In this document: positions 56,557-64,000 of the stretch, piece by piece
Layout: the number at the start of each line of letters is the position of its first letter
How positions within the stretch are numbered: the stretch's first letter is position 1
NCBI GenBank assembly: GCA_014727915.1
Contig: WJMO01000005.1
Location: 192,001 to 256,000 of the forward strand
Direction of reading: 5' to 3'
Length of the DNA: 64,000 bases
DNA from: Candidatus Altiarchaeales archaeon
GTDB lineage: Archaea > Altiarchaeota > Altiarchaeia > IMC4 > SCGC-AAA252-I15
Program-made: the position numbers and the translations under genes
Notes under the pieces: model-generated
Seen by the model: only the letters and a program-made list of their open reading frames with translations
Databases searched by the model: none
What the model was told of the DNA's origin: nothing

Positions 56557-59500
56557 GGCCAATTACCTTGGTTCTGCCTTCTTCTCATCTCCATGAAGAA
56601 GTCCAGCATGTTGTCCGATTGGGTGCGGTTCTGGTCTCTGCTGTCCATGTTCCCCAAACTGAATGACTGGCGCATGTTCCTCCTCCAGGGAGCAGCCCTC
56701 CTTGCGTCATATCCTATTATCCTATTATGTAGGGATTGTGCCAGCTGGTCGTACTCGGTCTGCTGGGCGTCCGTCCTCTGTGCTAGGCCCTTTAGTGTGT
56801 CCAACCTGTCCAGGTCGGTGCCATAGGCGTCTAGGACACCTGTCACCTGACGGTCTGATATGCCCGTGGCGGCAGGGTCCATCAGCCCGTTGTCGAATCT
56901 GTCGTTCCAGTCCGTGTCGCTCATCATATGAGGGCTTGGGGCCGCTGCTCCTGTCTGCTCGCTGTGCCATTCCCGTATGGCTGCCGCGGCACCGCCTGTG
57001 ACTTCCCGCCTTTCCGCGCCCCAGCTGTTACCGTGCCTGAATACACGGTCGCCTTCGATTGTGTACATTTCACCAGTATCCCCGTACACTCTGTTGCCTC
57101 TTATCTGGTATTCCATCCCTCCAGTAGCTGATGTTCTGCCCAGCTGCGCCAGCGTCCTGCTATGTTCCGCTTCGAACTCTCTCATCTCAGGGTTTCCTCC
57201 CTTGTTGGGGCTCACCGTTCCCCTTGCGCTGACCAGGTCGTCCCTCGCCTGCTGTTGCTCGAACCTCTCCCGGTGGCTGTCGTATGCGGTGTTCTGTGCC
57301 ATCGCCAAGGCCTGGGCTTCGAAGTTGGGGTCGCTTGGGTTCATGCCACTTGCCCTCAGCTGGGACTTAGCAGCCTTCAAGTGCTTTTTCCTGCCCCTAC
57401 CCCAGAGTCCCTGCCATACCGCTTGCCTTTCGACCATCTCATTTGCCATGTTGTCCCTGACTGCCTCGGTGTTGAGGCCGTGCTCGTCCATCGCCCGGCT
57501 CTTCGCTGTGGCGTCCGCCTGATTCTGCTGGGCCCTTGTCAAGACGGCCGTCCTATCTCCGTAGGCCTGCTGCTTCGCCCTTTCCATGTCCCCTCCGTTC
57601 TGGTCCAGGTAGTCCACCTTCTGGGATGCTGTCAGCTGGTCCCATACGGCGTCCCTGCTGTATCCTTCCTGGTGCGCAGAGTCCAGGCTGTTCCATACGT
57701 TGTCCTGGTCTCCCTTGTCGTTCAAAGCCAGCTGCCCTGCAGTCTTCCCCGCCTGGACGAGTTGTTCCGGAGTCAGCATGTCGGTGGACTCCCGGAAAGC
57801 TAGCCTCTTGGCGGAGTCCGTGTTCCCCCCTGTTATGTTGAGGTAGTCCGTCTGTTGCTGTGACGTTAGCGAGCTCCACACTCCCTCGGTCATGTAGTTC
57901 TGCCTTTCCTCCTGGGTCAGGGCTCCGCTGTTCCAGAGCGCGTCCGCCCTCACCTGCCGGCTGCGGTCCGCGCCGGAGGTGCTGACTCCATCCTCTCCAA
58001 AACGCTGCAGGCCGTCCTGGTAGGCGTTCGCCAATGCGATCCCCCTGACACCTTCTTCGTCGGCGTTCGGGTTAGCAGTTCTCGCCTGCTCTATGTAATT
58101 TTCCTGTGTATTCGTGTCAAGACTGTTCCAGTATTGGTTGGCTCTACGGTATTCTCTCCTACCCTGGGTGTATGCCTGGTCCCTCGCTTGGAGGGCGTCA
58201 CTCTGGTCCTGCCTAGATACCCTGAGGTTCCTCTGGGCGGTCTGGTTAGCCGTCTGCGCGGCTGTCAGATTAGCCGTCAGCTGGGCTCCGTTGTAGTTCC
58301 TGTTGAACCACTGGTCCACGTGCTGGTCGAACAAGGCCCTCTGCGTGGGGTCTAATGTCGAGGGGTCGACGCCCCTCCATGTCCTTGAGTTCCTGACATC
58401 CCGTTCCGCGTTCTGCCGGGCCTGGTCGTATGCGCTCTGGGCGTTGGCTTCGCTGGTCTGCGCGGTGTTGGCGGAGTTCTGGGCGGTGTTCAGGCTGTTA
58501 CTGGCGTTCGTGACCCTCGTGTCGTGCTGCTGCCTGTTGTTCACGAACTGGTCCCTTACGGTCTCATTGCCCCAACCCATCGAATCCGCCTGGCTCTGGC
58601 CAGCGGCATTTACTGTGTGCAAGCCAGCCTGCAATTCCCTCGCATAATGGTTGAAGGCATTCTCCTTAGCTGCGGTCTCTTCGGGCGACCCTGCTGCCAT
58701 GCCCGGATCCCACCCGAACCGTTTCTTCTGGTCGTCGGACATCTTACCCCAGAGTTCGTCCCGCAGGGGCTCGTGCATTGTGTTGGCCTGCCTGTCAAGC
58801 CGATTGGCCGGCCCTCTCCTTCCCTGGCTCCTTGCCTGCGCCGCCTGCTGCCGTGTCTGCCGCCTCTGATCCCCCATCTCCGCCAGCCTCTCAGTGAAGC
58901 TTGGGCTTCCGTCGTCGGGTCGCTGGCTCAGTTGCCGCATGAACTCCTCGTCCTCTCTCATGGTCTTGCCCGCCGGCTGAAGTATCTTGGCGCCTATAGC
59001 GGTCGTCAATGCGGCGACTCCAACGAAACCTGTTATTGACATTCCCAGCCCAGGAGCTGCCAGTATTGCGACGGGCAATGCGATGCCCACGGCGGTCATA
59101 GCGGCTGAGACCATCGGAGGGGCTCCCTTGGAACCTCCTTCCTCGTAGCTCTTGTAAAGGTTGTCCGCTCCCCTGGCCAAATTCCTCCTCACGCCACGGA
59201 AGCTGTGGACTCCATAGTTGAATTTTTGCTCTCCGGTCCTCGAGTCCTGCGTCCACCACCCGGTCATATAGTAAGACGCTCCTAAGAGCGTTCTACCAAC
59301 ACCCCAGTCGCCGATGCTATGCCTTAGAAAACCCCTCAAGGCGTATCCTACAGGAACCAGCAGAAGCTTCGGGGATAGGTTTGCGGCCAGTCCCATGCCC
59401 AGCCAGTAGGCCTTGCTCCAACCGCTCCTTGACGTGGCATACCTGACTCCATAGTATTGCTGTGCTGTCATCTCGTCTGGCCGGGTGCCTGCGGTTACCG

Positions 59501-60893
59501 CGGTTCCGAATGCCGCCCTGGTGGCCCGCTCGCCCCAGCTGACATCCCCCCATCCTCCGACCTCTCTTTCTCTGCCCCCGAGCGCCGAACCATATACCAT
59601 CGGGGGCTCTCCGTCCGGGCCCTGACCGATCGGCTGATGCCCGCCCCACGGGCTGTGGGGTTGTGAGGTGGCCGCGGAAGACGGAGGTCCTCCACCCCTG
59701 TCCGGGTAGCTGTGCCCTGCGGCCGACTCCCTTGGTCCCTCCAATCTGGCGTCTGACCTCTGCTGGATGTAAGCTGCCTGCGTGAACGCCTGACCCCCGT
59801 AGCCTTGCATCACATAGCCTACGAAAGCCAGCCTCGCGCTGCCCGTCGTCTGCGCCACGAATATGGTGCCCGACCCTACGGTGCTGAGCATCCCTGTGAT
59901 CATCATCGGCGACAATCCGATAAGCATGTATGCTATCAGCGCGGCTATGGCAGGGCCAGGGTTCAAATAGTCGAATGGCGACTGCAGTATCATCCAGGAC
60001 AGCACTATGAACACGGACATCGGTATGGGCATCATCGCCCATGTTATCGTCCACTTGGCCAGCTTGTATCCTATGCCCTTGAGGAAGTCGAATGCGAGGC
60101 AGAATATCGTGAACGGGAACAGCGCTCCGAACACCAGCACCATGTTGTACCTGACCGCGAGTACGAGGTATGGCAGGAAGATCATCGCGAGTATCATGCA
60201 TATTATCCCGAGTATCAGCGGCCATCCTATGCCGAAGGTGAAGAACGCTATCAATGCGATGGCTCCCGTTGCCATCCCTGCCCCGGCCGCGGCAGGCCCC
60301 ATCCCTACTATGGGGTCCCACGACACAGGCACACCTCCTATAGTCAGTATCTGGTGCACTATGAAGTTGTTCAGCTCCAGTAGCATGTCGTACATGGGGA
60401 ACGCGAGCCCGGAGAAGACCAACCCCATTATGAGCTTTTGGAGCATGGACTTCGCCTGGGTCCTGACTCTGGGAGCGGTCGCACCCCATATGAAGTATAC
60501 GGCAACCAGGAGTATCAGGACCATGTACAGGGGGACGAGTATCTGCATTATGATCCTCCCCACCGTCTGGATGACTGGATGGGTTGTGTCAGCGCATTTC
60601 ATGCCTCCCGGGTTGTTGCACCCTGCGAACATATAGCTCATGAAGGTGTTCTTGTACTCCTTGAGGGAGTCCGACATGAGCGACTGCAGGTTGTCCCCTC
60701 CCTTCTTTAAGATGCCTGTTGAATCCCCTTTTGCGCCTGCCTTCGTCGGGCTGTCAGAGCCCTCACGGTCGTGGAATGACGTCTTGGGGCTTCCGACGGT
60801 ATCTCCAGGGGCTGCGAAAGCGGTCGATAAGAACAATAGTACGGCGGTGGCGGAGATCAGTAATAGTAGGCCTCTTCGGTTGACCTGGGTCAT
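56553..60893 (-). CDS. Giant membrane protein with N-terminal VirB6/TrbL-like domain and Gln/Asn/Ala-rich repeat tail
   Basis: Signal peptide, TMs with TAPRVRTQAKS loop and RYNMVLVFGALFP...W helix, further hydrophobic segments, coiled coil, W-x2-L-x3-QQ-x2-Y repeats. Confidence 0.75.
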   Translation of the reverse strand: MTQVNRRGLLLLISATAVLLFLSTAFAAPGDTVGSPKTSFHDREGSDSPTKAGAKGDSTGILKKGGDNLQSLMSDSLKEYKNTFMSYMFAGCNNPGGMKCADTTHPVIQTVGRIIMQILVPLYMVLILLVAVYFIWGATAPRVRTQAKSMLQKLIMGLVFSGLAFPMYDMLLELNNFIVHQILTIGGVPVSWDPIVGMGPAAAGAGMATGAIALIAFFTFGIGWPLILGIICMILAMIFLPYLVLAVRYNMVLVFGALFPFTIFCLAFDFLKGIGYKLAKWTITWAMMPIPMSVFIVLSWMILQSPFDYLNPGPAIAALIAYMLIGLSPMMITGMLSTVGSGTIFVAQTTGSARLAFVGYVMQGYGGQAFTQAAYIQQRSDARLEGPRESAAGHSYPDRGGGPPSSAATSQPHSPWGGHQPIGQGPDGEPPMVYGSALGGREREVGGWGDVSWGERATRAAFGTAVTAGTRPDEMTAQQYYGVRYATSRSGWSKAYWLGMGLAANLSPKLLLVPVGYALRGFLRHSIGDWGVGRTLLGASYYMTGWWTQDSRTGEQKFNYGVHSFRGVRRNLARGADNLYKSYEEGGSKGAPPMVSAAMTAVGIALPVAILAAPGLGMSITGFVGVAALTTAIGAKILQPAGKTMREDEEFMRQLSQRPDDGSPSFTERLAEMGDQRRQTRQQAAQARSQGRRGPANRLDRQANTMHEPLRDELWGKMSDDQKKRFGWDPGMAAGSPEETAAKENAFNHYARELQAGLHTVNAAGQSQADSMGWGNETVRDQFVNNRQQHDTRVTNASNSLNTAQNSANTAQTSEANAQSAYDQARQNAERDVRNSRTWRGVDPSTLDPTQRALFDQHVDQWFNRNYNGAQLTANLTAAQTANQTAQRNLRVSRQDQSDALQARDQAYTQGRREYRRANQYWNSLDTNTQENYIEQARTANPNADEEGVRGIALANAYQDGLQRFGEDGVSTSGADRSRQVRADALWNSGALTQEERQNYMTEGVWSSLTSQQQTDYLNITGGNTDSAKRLAFRESTDMLTPEQLVQAGKTAGQLALNDKGDQDNVWNSLDSAHQEGYSRDAVWDQLTASQKVDYLDQNGGDMERAKQQAYGDRTAVLTRAQQNQADATAKSRAMDEHGLNTEAVRDNMANEMVERQAVWQGLWGRGRKKHLKAAKSQLRASGMNPSDPNFEAQALAMAQNTAYDSHRERFEQQQARDDLVSARGTVSPNKGGNPEMREFEAEHSRTLAQLGRTSATGGMEYQIRGNRVYGDTGEMYTIEGDRVFRHGNSWGAERREVTGGAAAAIREWHSEQTGAAAPSPHMMSDTDWNDRFDNGLMDPAATGISDRQVTGVLDAYGTDLDRLDTLKGLAQRTDAQQTEYDQLAQSLHNRIIGYDARRAAPWRRNMRQSFSLGNMDSRDQNRTQSDNMLDFFMEMRRRQNQGNWP

Positions 60894-60946
60894 AGTAAAT
60901 AACATTAAATCTTGAGATATTTATTTAGTATAATATACTGTTTCCC

Positions 60947-61657
60947 TCAGTTTCCCGATAATATCTCAGGCATCCTCCCCCATGCGCCCACCGTATCGTC
61001 TTTCACTATCAGGACGCCCCTTATGCCCCCGATACTCCTTGCTTTTTCTATGGCCTTCTCCACGTCACCCGCCTCACATACTACATTGGCTATCGCCGTT
61101 GCCGCAGCGTCCGCTATAGCGCCCTTGTCTGCGAACACTGTGACGGAGTCGGCTTCTCCCAGGCTGATGCTGTGCCCCACGGAACCCGAGCTGGTGCATA
61201 TGTTGCAGGGTGTCTCGCCCGCAGTAACCCTTAATGCTATCCTGCCTGTTGTGCTCGATGGCCCCGAGTCCAAACCCACTATCATCTCGTCTTTTGTCTT
61301 CAGGTATATGTCTCCCCCGTTCTCCACTATGACTTCCTGCGCGCCTTTTGACACTATGTATTCGCCTATCAGATGGGAGAATGTCCCTGCCACGGCTGCC
61401 ATCGGCCCCACATCGCACTCTCCTGACGCTTCTATCAGGCTCCTGACTATCTCCGGGGCTGAAGGGTCTTCTTCAACGGGCTCATATGTTGACTTGAACA
61501 GCGGGTTCCTGTTTATGTAATCGACAAGCAGGTTGTAGTGTCTGATCAGTTCGTCCAGTGCGTCAACCTGAGCGTCAACGTCCGATTTGACCTTGATGTG
61601 GGTCTCACCGTAGTCGAGGCCGAAGGAGTTGAGAGGACGGTCGGTCAATCCCATCAC
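60947..61657 (-). CDS. UPF0280 (ApbE-like, COG2122) protein
   Basis: VGPMAAVAG, VENGGDI, ICTSSGSVGHSISLGEAD, ADAAATAIAN. Confidence 0.92.
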   Translation of the reverse strand: MMGLTDRPLNSFGLDYGETHIKVKSDVDAQVDALDELIRHYNLLVDYINRNPLFKSTYEPVEEDPSAPEIVRSLIEASGECDVGPMAAVAGTFSHLIGEYIVSKGAQEVIVENGGDIYLKTKDEMIVGLDSGPSSTTGRIALRVTAGETPCNICTSSGSVGHSISLGEADSVTVFADKGAIADAAATAIANVVCEAGDVEKAIEKARSIGGIRGVLIVKDDTVGAWGRMPEILSGN

Positions 61658-62049
61658 CCCTCTTGGAGGCTCAGCGCCCTAACGGGGCAGACTTCTATGC
61701 ATGCCTTGCACCGGATGCATTCGTCTTTGTCCAACTGCATCTTCCAGTCCTTGATTGTGATGGCCTTTGTGGGGCATACTCCATAGCATGCGCAGCAGTC
61801 AATGCATCGGTCGTCGTCTTTCAGGATGGTGCTCTCCAGCTTCTCCACCTCGACACTGTGCTTTCTGAGGTAGTCTGTGAGCTTCTTCTGCTTTTTATCG
61901 TCTCCTAAGACGGCGACTACCATCATTCCCTTGCTGTACTCCACGTCCGCCAGGAGTATGTTGACCATGACGCCAGTCTCTAGTATAGCCTCTGCTAGCG
62001 CTGGCTTCTTCACCTCATCCGTGGAATACTTCAGGACGTACTTGTTCAT
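61654..62049 (-). CDS. NIL domain + 2x[4Fe-4S] ferredoxin (homocysteine synthesis partner)
   Basis: VNILLA NIL motif, CIDCCACYGVCP and CIRCKACIEVCP. Confidence 0.9.
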   Translation of the reverse strand: MNKYVLKYSTDEVKKPALAEAILETGVMVNILLADVEYSKGMMVVAVLGDDKKQKKLTDYLRKHSVEVEKLESTILKDDDRCIDCCACYGVCPTKAITIKDWKMQLDKDECIRCKACIEVCPVRALSLQEG

Positions 62050-63545
62050 TTGCTCAACCTCCCGTATACCCTGTTTATGTCTGACACGGTTATTATGCCC
62101 TTGATCTTCCCCTCATCGTCGACGACGGGGGTCGCGTTGTAGCCGTGCTTCTCCAGCTTCCTTGACGTCTCGTCTATTGTGTCTGTCGATTTTGAGGTTA
62201 TGACGTTCCGTGTCATCACCTCCGAGAGCTTCCTCTTACCCTGGGACAGTGCCTTGGTGAAGTCGAAGGAGGTCACGATGCCGACGACCTTGCCTTCACC
62301 GTTGACTATGGGTATCTGGTCGACTCCCTTCTCCACCATCAGCTCCGACACCTTCTTCAGCGAGTCCTTCTCTGATGCCGTGTGCACCTTCCTCGTCATC
62401 CCGTCCGAAACATGGTATGTCCTGTCCCTGACTTTCATGGCCTTGACTTCTCTCTTGCCTGGCAGGCTCTCCACGCCGTTGGCTAACGTGAACTCTCCCT
62501 CTTCGATCCACTTCTTCAGCTCGTCCATGATGTCATATGCTATCTTGAAGCTGGACAGGGGGGCGGCCTTCACCTTATCCCCGTTCAACTCTACCTTGCC
62601 TGTTATGAGCTCGCTGTATCTCACCTTCCTGAGCACTGGCCTGTCAATCCTTGGAACGCCATAGTCGGTCAGGCTAGATTCTATCTCGTCGTTGGTGACC
62701 GCGGTCGACCTGGCGAGCTCATCGTTCAATATGGGTATTGGGATTCCGATGCCGACGAACAGGCTTGTCCCGTACTCTGGCAGCGTCCCGCCCCTCACAT
62801 AGTCTGTGCTCATGTCTCTCAGCTCTCCCTTGACCGCGATCGTGCCCAGTTGCGTCTGGGGCGAGTGCTGTGTTCCCTCCCCCACTATCCTTCCCTGGGC
62901 TCCTCCGAGGAATATCTTGGTGCCGAAACCGATCGTCCTGTACTCGGGGTCGTTGTTCAAGGGGCTTATGTGTCCCGTGCCTGCGAAGTTTATGTTCCCC
63001 GCGTTTGGCAGCAGCGTGCCCATGTACGTCCTTATCTTCCGGTCTGACAGGTTGACTGCGGACACATAGCGTTGATAGTTGTTGCGGGGATTGTAAAGGT
63101 AGGCTTGGTTCAGGTCATCCAATGTTACTGTGGTTTCGAGCCTTCTCTTGGGGTAGCAGTCCGTAGGGTATGCTGTTGCTCTGACCTTTATCTCCTTCCT
63201 GGCGATGAGGTCTTCGATGACGTGGCTTCCACCGTATTCGAATCCACGGTCCTGGCTAAGTTCCGTCGCTCCTATGTAGCAGTCCACTGCCGCGAGACCG
63301 GCGTATGCTTCCACCTCGTTCAGCCAGACCCTCTGCATCTTGATGGGTGGGTTGCTGTGCCCGAAGTTCAGGAAGGCTCCGGATGAGCACATCGCGCCGT
63401 ACGTCCCTGTTGTCACGACGTCCACTTCCTTGGCCGCCTTCTCCGCTCCTTTCTCGGCGACTATCTCTGGCATCTCATCGGCTCTCACGACTACTGCGTC
63501 GCCCTTCCTTATCTTCTCGTTGATTTCGGCTATCGTCTTTACCAT
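62046..63545 (-). CDS. L-aspartate semialdehyde sulfurtransferase (DUF39/COG1900 + CBS pair; homocysteine biosynthesis)
   Basis: KTIAEINEKI, VDVVTTGTYGAMCSSGA, TYMGTLLP, GIGIPIPIL, two C-terminal CBS domains. Confidence 0.93.
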   Translation of the reverse strand: MVKTIAEINEKIRKGDAVVVRADEMPEIVAEKGAEKAAKEVDVVTTGTYGAMCSSGAFLNFGHSNPPIKMQRVWLNEVEAYAGLAAVDCYIGATELSQDRGFEYGGSHVIEDLIARKEIKVRATAYPTDCYPKRRLETTVTLDDLNQAYLYNPRNNYQRYVSAVNLSDRKIRTYMGTLLPNAGNINFAGTGHISPLNNDPEYRTIGFGTKIFLGGAQGRIVGEGTQHSPQTQLGTIAVKGELRDMSTDYVRGGTLPEYGTSLFVGIGIPIPILNDELARSTAVTNDEIESSLTDYGVPRIDRPVLRKVRYSELITGKVELNGDKVKAAPLSSFKIAYDIMDELKKWIEEGEFTLANGVESLPGKREVKAMKVRDRTYHVSDGMTRKVHTASEKDSLKKVSELMVEKGVDQIPIVNGEGKVVGIVTSFDFTKALSQGKRKLSEVMTRNVITSKSTDTIDETSRKLEKHGYNATPVVDDEGKIKGIITVSDINRVYGRLSK

Positions 63546-63590
63546 TGACAAAAAACAGTGTTATTCTCATATAAATACTTGCCTATTTTT

Positions 63591-63703
63591 ATTATGCATT
63601 TATGCATAATTATGTTTTTGGGCATATTCAAAGCCGCAAAATCCACTTAAACCCAAACCTTTTTAACACATAGTCGAATATGCATATGCATTGGTGAATA
63701 TGC
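63591..63703. promoter_or_regulatory. Operator-like palindromes in the divergent promoter region
   Basis: ATTATGCA-TTTA-TGCATAAT (63591-63610), ATGCATATGCAT (63680-63691), GAATATGC three times (one inverted). Confidence 0.5.
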
Positions 63704-63758
63704 GCCGGTGCATACTGTGGGAGCACCTCAGGGGTGGGGTGTCTAAGCAGGTGATGTG

Positions 63759-64000
63759 ATGCAGCTTCCACCGTTGGCTGAAATAGAGAAGCTCAGGAAG
63801 AGACTGGGTCTCACCCAGACGGAACTTGCAGTCAAGGCAGAGGTCAGCCAGAGCCTCATAGCACGCTTGGAAGCCGGCACTGTAGACCCGCGCTACAGCA
63901 AGGTAGCCAAGATATTCCTCGCCCTCGACGAGATGAAGGGCAAGGAACTGGAAGCCCAGCAGATCATGACCAAAGGCGTCGTGGGAATACAGCACACCGC
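63759..64000 (+). CDS. XRE-HTH + CBS transcriptional regulator (COG3620-like), 5' part only
   Basis: Manual translation MQLPPLAEIEKLRKRLGLTQTELAVKAEVSQSLIARLEAGTVDPRYSKVAKIF...AQQIMTKGVVG. Confidence 0.88.
   Translation, partial: MQLPPLAEIEKLRKRLGLTQTELAVKAEVSQSLIARLEAGTVDPRYSKVAKIFLALDEMKGKELEAQQIMTKGVVGIQHT

Noticed and set aside
51850-60893. Integrated conjugative element or provirus
   Set aside because: No integrase, relaxase, att repeats, tRNA target or obvious compositional break; flanks are housekeeping genes
63701-63750. tRNA (starts GCGCCGGTG)
   Set aside because: No T-loop GTTCRA and no cloverleaf or acceptor stem closure

Overview
Archaeal chromosomal window that is gene-dense, with many 1-4 nt gene overlaps. 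The gene repertoire suggests Candidatus Altiarchaeota or a relative (inference only). Main blocks: (1) ferredoxin plus geranylgeranyl reductase, followed by a 14-gene Ehb-type (group 4i) energy-converting [NiFe] hydrogenase operon that lacks ehbK/ehbQ and has an ehbH-I fusion, with a HycI protease nearby; (2) cdc6 divergent from sepF-kaiC, a second convergent kaiC, and three DUF835 and several CBS proteins; (3) housekeeping genes (RNase HIII, thpR, NAC, dapA, glmS, gatC, trm1, ubiX, nurA, AMP phosphorylase); (4) a complete trpEGDCFBA operon plus trpB2; (5) two tandem giant (about 1450 and 1570 aa) VirB6/TrbL-like membrane proteins with long repeat tails; (6) the COG1900/NIL-ferredoxin/UPF0280 homocysteine-sulfur cluster with a divergent HTH-CBS regulator. 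Items not in the ORF track: a 57-aa ferredoxin, a pseudogene (12151-12666) whose stops fall mostly at apparent Tyr positions, a perfect 48-bp duplication enclosing two hairpins between trpE and trpG, a candidate structured ncRNA at about 40520-40595, and several operator-like repeats. One ORF-track protein (9128-9469) looks like a VirB2-type pilin. I saw no tRNA, rRNA, CRISPR array or transposase. All family calls come from motif recognition by eye, not from database searches.
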